This document shows positions 46,012 to 58,723 of a stretch of 64,000 nt of DNA, one piece after another. A program made the position numbers and the translations under genes. Within the stretch, counting starts at the first letter, position 1. The number at the start of each line of letters is the position of its first letter. The notes under the pieces are model-generated. The model had not been told where the DNA came from. It saw nothing but the letters and a program-made list of their open reading frames with translations, and did no database searches. The stretch covers positions 1,465,721 to 1,529,720 of the forward strand of contig CM120648.1 in the NCBI GenBank assembly GCA_051362555.1, in the 5' to 3' direction. This DNA comes from Lingula anatina. Its lineage: Eukaryota; Animalia; Brachiopoda.

Positions 46012-47307
46012 AACTTCTCAGGTGAAATGGAAAGTGAATGAGTACATAAAGGAACCAGGAACCAGGCATTGTCATAGATAATCATTGGGGTTCCTGAATG
46101 TGAGCTACTCTTTACAATTTGGAAAAGTGTGGGATATGCAGTGCAGTGGCTGCCCATCAGCACCACCTGGTTAAAATTCTGTGCCACCAAGGATGAGAAC
46201 CCATTAACTTCTACAGAGCAACAGTTTCAACTATGATTTTATGGTGCTTTTGTAGTGATACTTCTTGGAAACACAAACTTGTGATAAACAAGCCCCACAA
46301 ACAGTCACAAACGCAGCTCCAGATCGCAAATGGCGATTTTTCTTTACCAGGCATACCCAACTATTACCAGACGCGGCACCGAAGGATCCAAAATTCACGG
46401 TCACCGGTAAATTCGAGTGTAAAACCGAAGTGGTTTTTGAAAATTCAGATGTAGGAATCAGTCTTAATAATAAACAGCAGGACAATGTAGCATGAGCTCC
46501 GTGTAGTTGGTGTGGGAGTGATCTGATGGATACTGGTATTTAAATTTTTTATTTGGACTTAAATCGCTTTTGGACCGAGTTTTGTTTAATCGTCAATTGA
46601 ATGCGACATGGAAGAGTAAATTATATCTTTGATCTAGATCCACGAGGGTTGCATGGTATAAGTTTCACTATTTCCATAAAGAGAGCCCCGTTTTGAAGTT
46701 GCTGGTTACGGGCCTGTACATGCTCAGTAACTGTTGAATTGCCTAGAGAATATCCAAATGTCTCGGATGGTCCATTTTTCGCTATCGTGTGACCACGTGT
46801 CGAAGGCTCGTTCACTCTCGCTCTCTATCGTCCATAATACGTGGGCAAAGTGACCGCAATGAGCTCTAGGTACCCTTTACCGTAGATTGATTTTTCACTT
46901 GATATCCAGATGTCCTTGCCTTACATCCTCTTCGAGCCATGGTCGGCTCATAACGCTTGTCAATTTTTTCTAATGTCCTGCAAGATTTTTTGCTTGAAAT
47001 CGCGGACACAAAACACAACAAATGTCCGAGTTGGAATAAAATTCATCACTCTGCTGGCCTCCGATAAAGATTTGCCCCTTAACATGTATGAGTAAAACAT
47101 CGCAAGGGCAGTAAAGTGTTTGAGCCAATCAGAGGCTGTGGTTTAAGCCATATACTTGGACAATACACGTCGCCGGGCTATATACGTGAAAATTATTCGT
47201 ACACTTTCTCTTTTGCAGCTCGACGATACACTCATAATATTTCACGTGCAGCTTAGCGACTTGTATTGTATCTATCACATAAAGTGAAATAACGAAGCGC
47301 AGAAAAA

Positions 47308-50300
47308 ATGCAGATGTCGACCAACATGAGGCTATTTTTGCTCTTTTCTACCCTGGCTGTAGTGAGTTTTCCGCTAATAGTTTTCTACCGTTCAAAGTCA
47401 ACAATCAGGTATGTTTGAGTAGATATTAGACGCAACACTTGATTTAAAACGAGGATATTGGAACAGACTAAAAATGTTGGCTATTATGAAGATGTTTCAA
47501 TGTCGCTTTGTTTTTGGTCACATGTTCCATGGGTAAGGTAACAAAGGAACATTCTTCTTGGCTGTGACCGGAAATAGGCGATTGATTGCAATTCTCACAG
47601 GATGAGGAGGCCTTTTGGCTGAGGGGCAACAGAAATATAACACATCGGTAGGATGCTGTTTAATATGAGATGATAATTTATTGTCACATTAATACTAAGT
47701 TTGAAATTTGTGACCTATGGACAAAATGGCCAATTTTCGCAAGTATGTGTGAGATTGAAAGATACATGATAAGTTTAGATACGCCGATTAAAAATCGTAT
47801 TACTGTTGGATAGTATCTGGCTTCGGTACATTTAGAGGTTGCTTTAGAAATTGAGGGACCATTGCTATGGCATTGTTGACATTGGCTTGAACAAACTATA
47901 ACCTGGATGGCCAAAGTCTTTCATAAAGGACTTCACATTTTTGGAGGACTCGGCTCTCATGGAGACCTTCCAGTGATGGTATTTTTCCCCCCATTGTACG
48001 ACTGACGGTTCTCACTACACGATCGAGGCGTATTTGGTCTCCTTCTGTACATAGCAGTACTTTGCCAGAAGGTGAAAGACTGTGTCAATACACTCTCAAT
48101 CACCGACCAGCAAAATTCTACAAGCAGATCTGATAGTCCGCGGATCGACTTGTTCTGAAAGCGGCCTAAGTACACGTCCATATCTTGAAATAATTCTTGT
48201 CCTTCATTTTTTAAAAATGTATTTGTTAATATACTATTTACTGTTAAAAACGTGTCACAAAAATGTTTTTGTACGGTTTTTGATTTTTTTTCTTAAAACT
48301 GACACTCTGTACTAATTAAACGGTGCACTTATCAATTACAGAAAGGCGAAGTTTGTAAAAAGACTAGAAGAAATGCCCCCCAAACCTTTGAGTGCTTGTC
48401 AAGTGAACCAAGAACTTTTTGGTAAGCTTAATTACTGAAAACATGAAAATAGTGAGGTCAATTGAATAAATTTGTGCTTGTACAAAATGTTAACATGAAG
48501 GTAAAGCAGCGTGAAACTGGAAATAGGCCTATATGAAGAGTCGTAAAAATGTTTCATGTAGAATAAACTGCGTATTTATCCACACAGTAGCATATAGATG
48601 ATGCTTCAAGCAACTTAAAGGTGAGTTTATGTCTAGCCGAAATACGGTACGAATGAATTTTATGAATCATTTATGAATTAATAGCTCTTATGGCCTAGTA
48701 TACTGTGTCTGCCCCATCTAAAATCGCCATTCATACTGAAGCCAGCATCTATAATATTGAAACAGAAATGTATGGACATCCCATCACTCCGTCCCGTATT
48801 CAGAAAAAAACTAACTTGAATCGCGAAAAGATTTTCAGAATTTATTTTGACATAAAAATTATCTTAATTATCTAAATATTTTCATTTTCATCAGTATAAG
48901 CGCTTTGCCTTGGAACTTAACAAGTACAAGAAACACTATGATTATAATTCACATGTTTATAACCCCAAGAGATGGCAAAACTCTTTGAATTTAACTTAAA
49001 CTTAACGGCTTTAAACTTTTGTATTGAACACAAAACATCAAATTATACAAACTGAAGTCCACCGAAAAAATTTAGTATTTTAGGGGCTAACGGTGCCATT
49101 TTATAAGGTTTAGAACTATGATTCAGATAGTAAAAATTATAATTTCAAAAGGTTAATATTAGTGTGATTTTTTTCATAAATCGAAAGGGGGGTGGGGGTG
49201 GGGGGGTCGGTCAGGCCTTCCTTGACACCCCTCCCTAAATTAGAACAGCCCTGCACCCCGACATAGCAAAATTTCCGGGAAAAAAAAGAAATTTTTCCTA
49301 CTCACGAATCATTCCTCGACCCGTCCCTGTTCTTGAATTTGATGGTTTCTTTCATATCTAATTAAATGATTGAGTTCTAAGTGACTGAACAACCCTGTTA
49401 AAGATATCGTGAGAAAAATATTTGCCTTTGTAACCAATTATTGCAAGTGTTTGATATTATATCTTTTGACTACCCTATTAGTTTGTTAACCAATAAAGCA
49501 AGCCGCGTAACAGCGTAGAAATAAACCAGCTAATACACATTTACAAAATTTAATATAATGCATACCTAACGTATTCATCACCATGCTTTTTGTTTCTTTT
49601 CCGTTAATTTCACTCCAGACTTTGGAAATTAAATGTGTTCTTTGTTTCTTTTTAGAAAAAACATATAATGTTAATCTGAAGCAGTTGCCAACGCCAAATA
49701 GAACAAAACTATTTAAAGAGGTCGCCACCGGAGGTCAGTGGACGCCTACGTCATGCAAGCCTAGGGATCACGTGGCCATCATCATTCCTTATCGTGACAG
49801 ACAAGAACACCTGGATATTCTTCTCCAAAATCTACACCCTTTTCTACAAAGCCAGAAGTGCCACTACCAGATATTCGTCATTGAACAGGTAGATTGCTAC
49901 ACGCTTGCATCTCAGAAACATTCATTACTCTCCTTTATTTTCTCTCTCTCTCTCTCTCTCTCTCGATTTCTGTCTCGGTTGCCTAAAAAGATGTCTGGAA
50001 ACACTACTAAGTGGGCCCTGGGTTATGTAGTCTTATATTGCTTTATACTGCTTTATTTTTGTACATATTTAAATTTTTTATTCGGTGCATTTATTTACTA
50101 CAGGCGCTTCCAGAGCCTTTTAACACAGGATATGCAAAAAATGTTGGCTTCGTCGAGGCTAGTGCCGTGTTTAATTTCACCTGCTACATATTTCAAGACG
50201 TGGATAAAATCCCTGTGAACAATTCACTTCTCTATAGATGTCCGCCTGACAAGGTTTTTCACTTTGCCGCAGCTGAAGATAGATTTCCGAACGGGCATGT

Positions 50301-53300
50301 ATCAGGATAATTTACTCCCGCAAAGAATCCCGCCTCTCTCCCCAGGGCTGTAGGGCGAGAAAATGTTTGTGGTAGCTGTTTGAAGGGTTAAAATACTAAT
50401 AAGAAGACTATTTGTTCACCCATCGGCCCTGGCACTCACTTAGACACTGACCGAAGGAAAAAGAAAGATATTTCTGGCGGACTGTGAGAAAAAGGGACGA
50501 TTTATAAATAACCCCCGAATCACTAAAAAATATTCCCTTATATATCATATTGAATTCACTGAACATAATGTGCGAAATTATGTGAAAACTGAAAATAAAG
50601 CCTCGCTGAAAATTATATTGTGATGATTATTTGTCGGCCACTACTTTGCAAATAGTGAAAACCAAAGCAAAAAAATACTTTTGTCTTTTTATCTGTTTAC
50701 CGCTATTATTTATCATGCTCTATATCTTAGATGGCTTAATTAGTAAAGATTGGTACTTGCTCTCATTTTTTATCCCAAAATCTTGTGAACTTTTCCAAAC
50801 CAGGCCATAAATACAATTTTGATACGCACATAGAAGTCTTGCTTTAATTCCAGGCAACTGCCCTATTTTCACTACCTCGGAGGAGTGATAGGATTCGCAC
50901 CTAACACATTCCAGAAAACAAACGGGTATTCTAATAATATGATACGATGGGGCGGTGATGACGACGATCTTTTTCTCAGGTAAGTAGAAGAAAATATTTA
51001 AGTTAATGAACCTTTCAGCTCTTCCAGGTTAAAGGGATAATAACTCTTCGTATGAGATCTATATTTCACAATAAAACATTGTGAACAACTCATACAAAAA
51101 CGGCAGTTATAGCTATAATTCTGATATCATAGCTTGTCTTTAGACCACGTGACCTCCATTGACGGCTATACTCTGTTAAAATCTCTTAAGGGATTATAAC
51201 AAAAAAAAAACTTTTTTAGAAAAAAAAACAACAAAAAAAAAACAGGGACTTACTTTGAATGTAAAAATGGATTCATTAACCATTGGTAACTATGGGAAAA
51301 TTGTTGTTTACTCCAGGAAAATTCATTTATTGGCCAAAACGAAGAGTTATTATCCCTTTAAGCTAGTAGTGCATTAATAGATTCTTGTTGAACTTATCTG
51401 AGGACAATTAAAATATTTAAAACATTTATTGACAGATCAATGGCCCTAATCAATATTGCAAAAAATACATTCATCCTCCCCTGTTCAGTTAGTCAACCAT
51501 CTTGACACAGTTTGAAAGTAACGCGGGTCACGGCACAAGAGTCCCGCGTTATCCAGAAGTCGAGGCATGGAATAACTGATGCATCGGGAAAACCTGCCCT
51601 AAGTGCCGGGTTGATCTCTGGCTCTTCCAAAAGTTTTACAGGGTTATGGAGAGTGTCAGAAAAGGACGATTAAAAGATTCGGAAGTCGGGGGAGGGGGAT
51701 GCCTTTTACCCCGGGAAAATTCGTGAAATATAAATTTTTGGCGGGAAATCCTGGCTTGGAAGACTACAAGCAATTAGTCATGTCGAGTGCAGTAGCTACA
51801 TCTAACATGATTCTCTTACTCAATACCCAGGCTATTAAGCTGTCAATCGCTCAAAGTGGATAGGCCGTATCGCTCAAATATTTGGGGCAGATCCAAGATT
51901 ATTTGAAGTGGGGGTCCACGGATGCGTAGCCGGCCCTCACCCACCACCCCCACCCCCCTGGCGTGGGGTTCAGGGCCCGCTGAAGAGCCCCGAAAAAAAT
52001 TTGGTATTTTAGAGGGTGGTCGGTGTCATTTTGTAAGGTTTAGGACTTTGATTCAGCTAGTAAAAATTATAATTTCAAGAGGGGAATATTAGTATAATTT
52101 TTTTTTCAGAATTCTAAAGGGGGGGGGGGGGGGTCGGTCAGGCCCCCCTTGACACCCCCTCCCTAAATCCCCCACTGAATATACTGTTCGATGTGTAGAG
52201 ACCTAACAAAGTATATCAATTTTAAACCAGGCTATTTTTTTTAGGATTTCCTCCCAGAAGATACCCATCGAGCATGCCAACAACCGTTCAGGCGTGTACA
52301 CGGTTTTAAACCATACGCGGTTACCTGGCTCCGTGAACAGTGAGAAGTGAGCATTATTACATGAAAAGAGAGAGGGGGTAGAGGTTGAGGGTTTTTTAAG
52401 CGTTCAATATTTTGGGCTGCTTACTATTGATTGCTTTGTATTTCTTAAATGAAGCATAGCGTTAATTTCATTTCAGCTTATCTGAACCTATGTCCAAAAC
52501 ATTCACCTGTGCTTTCAGGATATATGTTATTATAATATATACAAATATAATTTGGAACAATTCATAGGTACCCCATGCTCTATTTTGCAACGAAACTGTA
52601 TAAGCACTATGGACCATGGGATAACGGAGTGAATACATTAAACTACACCCGACTAGCTATAGAATATCGACCAACATACACGTGGATCAAATTTAATGTT
52701 GATCAGAGCAGCATGATGAAGGTACATGATAACAGACCGCCCAACAAACACAGGACGCATTATCATGTATAACGTTACCATAACGTTACTGTGACGTTAC
52801 AGCAGCGTTACCAAAACGGTTTTGGGTCATATAAACGCCATGGTAACGTTACAATAACGATCTGTGTTTGCCGGGCGTATCATAAACAATTGTACACGCC
52901 AGGAAAGAATCCTTAGGGGAGACCGGGGCACGTTCGGCCCCTTTTCCTTTGATCGGTTGTAATTCAGCTGTTTGACGACGAATCTCAATGATGTGTTTTG
53001 AGCAGATAGACTGCTAAATTTCCTTTTTTTATACATTGGTCAAATGTAAAGAAGACCTTGCGTTTTTAAGAAATTTAACATGAAAAAAAATTTCCAACAC
53101 GTGGCCGAACGTGCCCCGGCCTGGGGCACGTTCGGCCTCTCGATGGAGCACGTTCGGCCTGCAAATTAAAATACTTTCCTACCGATTTCTTTTATTTCCA
53201 TTTCACATGAATACCTTAAAAATAGGTGTTTTGGTGCTAAACAGTGACGATATACTTGAAATAAGTAATATAGTTAGGTTTTAGAAAGATATGTAGGCCT

Positions 53301-54459
53301 AATTGAAATTGTTTGTTTGGTACATGTTTGTCCTGGAACTACATATATTGAACTTCTGTTTTTTAATGCATAGGTCTTTATACTTCTCATGTATATCAAT
53401 TACAGAACATGAAGGAACCGACCTACGTCAGTTTTGAAACCCCACATTTAATCCAACGGGAAAACTTTCTAATATTTGAAACCCAACAAAGCATTCAAAC
53501 GCAAAACATCAACTTTAATCACAAAGAACATATTAACATACACAATTTGTTTGAAATAATGTCACGTTAAGGAAATATTTAAAAAAACCTAGATAACAAT
53601 TCCAGTGATCTTTAAACAATGTTAATATTTCCGGCCAGATGCCATAGTGTTTCTCTGGAAAATATAAGTTAATGATATGTACATGTATTAAATATTTGAA
53701 TTAAAGGCTTCATGCGTGGTTGAAAAAACGCGACAATTAAAATGTGAAGATACAAGCTTAAGTTTTAACCCCATTAATGGCGCTGAAATGTTAGCATATA
53801 ACAAACTTTTTGGGCTTAAAAATAATAATTTTTAAATCAAGTCTTTCGCCAAAGCCACGGGGCACGTTCGGCCCCAGGCCGAACGTACACAACCCAGGGG
53901 CCGAATGTGCCCCACCTTGAGGGGCCGAACTTGCCCCAAGCCTGCATTCCGAATGTATGTTACCATAGCAACATAATTAAGAAGACGACAGTGTGGTGCC
54001 ATACCTCATTTAAATTGGCTTTCTATATGCTCTTATATTATAATGCATTGGTGACAGTAAGTCAACTAATTAATGCTAAAGTAGGCCCAAATTAAACAAA
54101 CCCGTAAAAAATTTAACCCGTGAAAAATAAGTTTTTCAATCATATCTTCCGAACGGAGTGCACCACAGAAGCCTTATTTTTGTAGGACCCGCTAAATAGA
54201 TCAAGTGACACGTAAAGGGGTCGCTGCTGGACCAAAAGTGTTAATTGTGGAAAATACGAGTGAAAGCCGAACGTGCCCCGGGGCCGAACGTGCCCCGGTC
54301 TCCCCTATACAATAATAATAGTAAGGTGCCCAATTTTAAATATACTTTTTGATATCTTTTAGCCGTCGTTACTGTATAAAACGAATTTTAGCATATCTCA
54401 TGTCCTGCATACACTGTCTTCTTACACTGTTACGGTCAAAAAAAAAAAAAAAATGCGCG

Positions 54460-54527
<68 letters not shown>

Positions 54528-54923
54528 ATCACGTGCAAATGTGTCTGTTGCAGATGTTATTCAGAGTCACATTGTGCAGGGAATCCGATATAATTCCCTG
54601 CATTGTGTAAGATTTAATTTCGATAAATGCTATAACATACATGCATCGTGTAGCCTACATTTTCAGACCGTATGGAAAGGCATCCTGGATGCCAAGTATG
54701 ACAAGAAGACCAATACTACATATTGGACAATTAACTACCAGAGGGCTTTCCAAATGTTTCCTAAGTAAGTGAACATTATATACCCAAAGCCTTCTATGTC
54801 GGCGATCTAAGTATATCTAAATAGGAACATAAAGACTTCACTTGTTTCATTGTGACTATATATATATTTATTTTTTATAGAACTAAACAAGTTGCCAAGC
54901 CGAAAGCACCGAAGAAAAGTTAG
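47308..54923 (+). CDS. GT7-family beta-1,4-galactosyltransferase-like protein, copy 2 (9 exons, 375 aa if the GC donor is used)
   Basis: Exons 47308-47408, 48342-48421, 49656-49888, 50104-50294, 50854-50979, 52245-52346, 52568-52721, 54667-54764, 54881-54923; same sizes as copy 1 except exon 2 is 6 nt shorter in frame; intron 4 donor is GC (50295-50296); FQDVD, WGGDDDD. Confidence 0.8.
51033..51357. mobile_element. TTAA-flanked MITE (Kolobok/piggyBac-like)
   Basis: Perfect 19-bp TIRs AGGGATAATAACTCTTCGT / ACGAAGAGTTATTATCCCT, TTAA TSD; single TTAA empty site in copy 1 intron 5 (about 43244). Confidence 0.88.
52916..54305. mobile_element. 1390-bp non-autonomous TA-target DNA transposon (Tc1/mariner/pogo-like target site)
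   Basis: TIRs GGGGAGACCGGGGCACGTTCGGCCCC / GGGGCCGAACGTGCCCCGGTCTCCCC, TA TSD, several internal GGGGCACGTTCGGCC motifs; empty site GAATCCTTATAC at about 44165-44176 in copy 1; no transposase ORF. Confidence 0.9.
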
Positions 54924-54961
54924 AAGAAAGAAGAAAAATTCAAACTCATTTACCCCTTATC

Positions 54962-55917
54962 CAAAGAACACTTGGACAAGAAGAATTCTTGCAGGGGTTT
55001 TATTTATAGACCACAGTTCTGCTTTTAACACCATCGTGCCAATTTTAATTTAAAACGACCTGAAATTTCCAGTATTTTTATGTGAATGAATTAAAACGTC
55101 TCTGCTAGATAGGTGGAAGGCTGTGAAAGTTGGTTCAAGTCTTTCTGACACATTTTATTTGAATACAGGTGCGCCTCAGGGCTATGATTTATCGCCATGC
55201 TTGTATGGCATGTTCACATGTGATTGTGGGACCAATGTTTACCAATGTATGAGACAGTTTCAGCTGTGATTGTGTTAGGGTAGTGTGTTCGTCTCTCTCC
55301 GTTTGTGTTCGTGTATCTTCGTCTCTTTATTTAATAAATAATATTTTTCATTCAGCGGGACACTCATGTGTGCCAATACAAATGGTTGACTTGACTGGGT
55401 TGCTTTTTTGCGATTTAACTCATCTTATTTATAAATGTTATTTTATTTTTCAGTGCTTGCAGTTGCTTTTACTATTCATGTTATATATTTTTTTAATTCA
55501 GTTCTTTCTCAGTTCTTTATGTTGTAAAGTTCAGTTTATTTTGTAAATGCAATTTCTTTTATTTTCTCGAATATTCTTTAATTTTTTTATTTTAGTTCAT
55601 GTTATTTCTTTTTTTTATTTCTTTGATATTATTCTGAAATTCTTTTCTCGTAGATGTCACGACAACTTGCAGGTGTCTCGTAAATAAAGCATCCTTTAAA
55701 AACTAAAACAGACGCTGTTTTTCTCGTGTCTTCGCACGTGACGGTTAACGCTGAAACATAACCTTGAAAGTAGACAGTATTATAAAGTTTCCTGATGATA
55801 CAACATAAGTAGGGATGGTACGTGATAACGACCAGGCCATTCACAGGTTCAATATTGTATCAGTGGTCAAATGCTGTAACGATAAGGACCTTGTACTGAA
55901 TGTTGAGAAAATAAAAG
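54962..55917 (+). mobile_element. Decayed Rex1/Babar-like LINE reverse-transcriptase fragments
   Basis: Frameshifted translation EHLDKKNS..VLFIDHSSAFNTIVP..VKVGSSLSDTFLLNTGAPQGYDLSPCLYGMFTCDC (54962-55227) and CNDKDLVLNVEKIK (about 55874-55916), separated by unrelated sequence. Confidence 0.8.
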
Positions 55918-56435
55918 TACATGTATATCTTGTTATTGCAGAGTACTAAATATCAGTATACATAAATAAGCACAAATCTAAGTTTTCATAAGTGCAGTAA
56001 TACACAAAGGTATATGAATGTTGTACAATTCTTGCTTTCTTTCCGTATTGAATTTATTTTTGCACGCGTCTGTATATTAACTGTGTATAATCACCAGCAT
56101 ACACTGAATAATGCACTGCTGCTCAGAAAGGTTGTCACACCCTAGAAAATTTAGGTTTTCAACACTTAAATAATTCCTGAAGCCCTATATATGTTGATAG
56201 TTGGTCTTGGTGCCAGCCAGGTGGGTCTTGTGAAGAACAGGCCTACCTTTCTGCACGTCTTGCGATCAAACATTTAGATTTTGCAAAGATGCAGCTGTGC
56301 ATTATATAATTGGTATGTAACAAAATACATGGAATTTGTGAGGTAGGACAGCCATTTTGTGCAACCGTATACCACGCATAAAATCCATGCAGCAAGTTAA
56401 CTTCTTGTTTACTGGGTTTACAAATCGTAGAAGAA

Positions 56436-57957
56436 ATGTCGACGCATAGGAGGCGATGTTTGATCTTTATAACCTTGGCTGGAATTAGCTTATTTTCGAT
56501 GATAACAGTCCACCATTCAAAGGCGACAATCAGGTATGTTTTAGATGAAATATTACGTATTCTTAACACTTGGTTTAATAAGATGTATGCCAATTTGAAA
56601 ATGCATGTAATGTTCTTTTTGCACTCTGAATAAAACGGATGAAATATTTCAAAAGAGTATTGCATCTGCATTAAAAAGGGTTCAAACGAAGGCAAAATTC
56701 ATTTAGATAAATCCATGTTTCATCACTTGGCGCATGTATCAATTACAGGAAGAACAAATATGTCTTTAGCAAAAAGACAGAAGAAATAACCTCCATATCT
56801 TCGAGAGTATGCCAAGTAAACCACGAACATTTAGGTAAGGACTTGGAATGAGATCGAGGCAAGGTTCCCCTTATACAACCACCCTTGCAGAATGTATATA
56901 TCGATGCCTTTCTGACTCTGGATATAAAGAGGAAAGCTGTATAATTTAAGATTTAAGGGAAAACATGCACAAGTATACGGGTTACGCCTTTTATCTCATC
57001 TCTTTTGCCACTCTCTTCATTTCGTGTGCAAAGTGCAGGCGTTGCCCTTCAAGACCAGCCCCCTCCCCACCCCATTTGAAGGATGGGAACGGAGGATGTG
57101 TATTTTAATTAAAACTCAGTGATAAAATATGTAAATGATATATCTTTTCAATCCCGTAAGTCACTTACTTATGAAAACGATTAAACTAGCTGTCAAGCTA
57201 GCTTATTATGAGCCCAATTATAAGATACACCGTAACATAGTCAAATAGTCAAATGGAGTCGAGTTGACAAATGTGATAGCTTTTGTTCATTTTCCCCTTT
57301 ATCGACAGTGACTTTATATATCAAGTGTTTTCTCTTTTCATTTTTAGAAGATTTATACAAAGTGCGTTTGGAACCTTTGCCAACCCAAGATAGAACAAAA
57401 CTATTTAAAGAGGTCGCCACTGGAGGTCAGTGGGCACCTACGTCATGCAAGCCTAGGGATCACGTGGCCATCATCATCCCTTACCGGGACAGACAAGAAC
57501 ACCTGGATATTCTCCTCCAAAATCTGCACCCTTTTCTACAAAGCCAGAAGTGTCACTACCAGATATTCGTCATTGAACAGGTTAATTTTTTAATGTCCTT
57601 TTCTTCTTAGCTATTTTCATCTGTCTATCTGCCTTTCTGTCTCTCTGTCTTTCTCTCTCTCTTATTATTTAATTTATCCTCTGCCCATTTATATTTCTAC
57701 AGGCGCTTCCAGAGCCTTACAACCTAGGGTACACCAGAAATGTTGGCTTCGTCGAGGCCAGTGCCGTGTTTAATTTCACCTGCTACATATTTCAAGACGT
57801 GGATAAAATCCCTGTGAACAATTCACTACTGTATAGATGTCCGCCTGACAGGGTGCTTCACTTTTCCTCCGCTGAGGATAGGTATCAATACAGGTCTGTA
57901 TTAAGAATGCGTCACGCGGGCTGATTTTCCTTCTAACCGTCTCTCTTTTTATGTTCT

Positions 57958-58027
<70 letters not shown>

Positions 58028-58662
58028 CACTTGAATCGTTTTCAATAATTGTAATCATTGCCAATGTCACAGCATGGCGGTCACTTCTGTACTACCAGTA
58101 ATTGTGATAACAAGTCTAAACAAGGCAGCAAAGCTGTCAAATGTACAGACAAAGAGAGAAAAAAATTGTGCAAAATATATATATGACGAGTGGGTAACAT
58201 CGCTGACAGCACTAAAAATATCAAAATATGACAAGGCAGCAAAGCTGTCAAATGTACAGACAAAGAACAGAAAATAAAGATGCAAATAAGTGAAAAATTA
58301 AATTTTCACAAAAAACTGTTAAATTGCCAGAAAAATTTACCAAACAGACTGCGTTGCCTATTGAAGCTGTATGTTAGACCCATGTTTCTTTCCTGTAAGT
58401 TTGAGAACAGTAAATGACATGATTTCCCTTAAATGGTCATCATGGAAGCAGTGCCCAAAATAGGGGTTTCTTCAAATTTTGATGCAACATTACATAATGT
58501 TTAACAGCATAATGACAATCAAATGTTATTAATAAAATATTAGTAACATGGACATTCAGAAAATGTGACAAGCAAAAGTCTTCAAGATCATGGAACGTTA
58601 AAGTCACACTTTGAAAATGCCAATATGTGAAAAATTAAATTTTCACAAAAAACTGTTTAACT

Positions 58663-58723
<61 letters not shown>

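Larger units (their letters stand above)
46064..54961 (+). repeat. Second unit of a tandem segmental duplication (paralogous to ~28208-44943)
   Basis: Colinear similarity from the MBLAC2 3' flank (28208 vs 46064; about 29460 vs 46420; about 30487 vs 46885) through GT7 exons and much of the introns to 44943 vs 54961. Confidence 0.9.

Noticed and set aside
46233-46495. Short ORFs upstream of GT7 copy 2
   Set aside because: The region is a diverged copy of the MBLAC2 3' flank and the frames are not preserved in the paralogous sequence.
47940-48185. Higher-GC insert in copy 2 intron 1 with a 74-aa minus-strand ORF
   Set aside because: Absent from copy 1, but I see no TIR, TSD or recognisable protein motif, so it cannot be classified.
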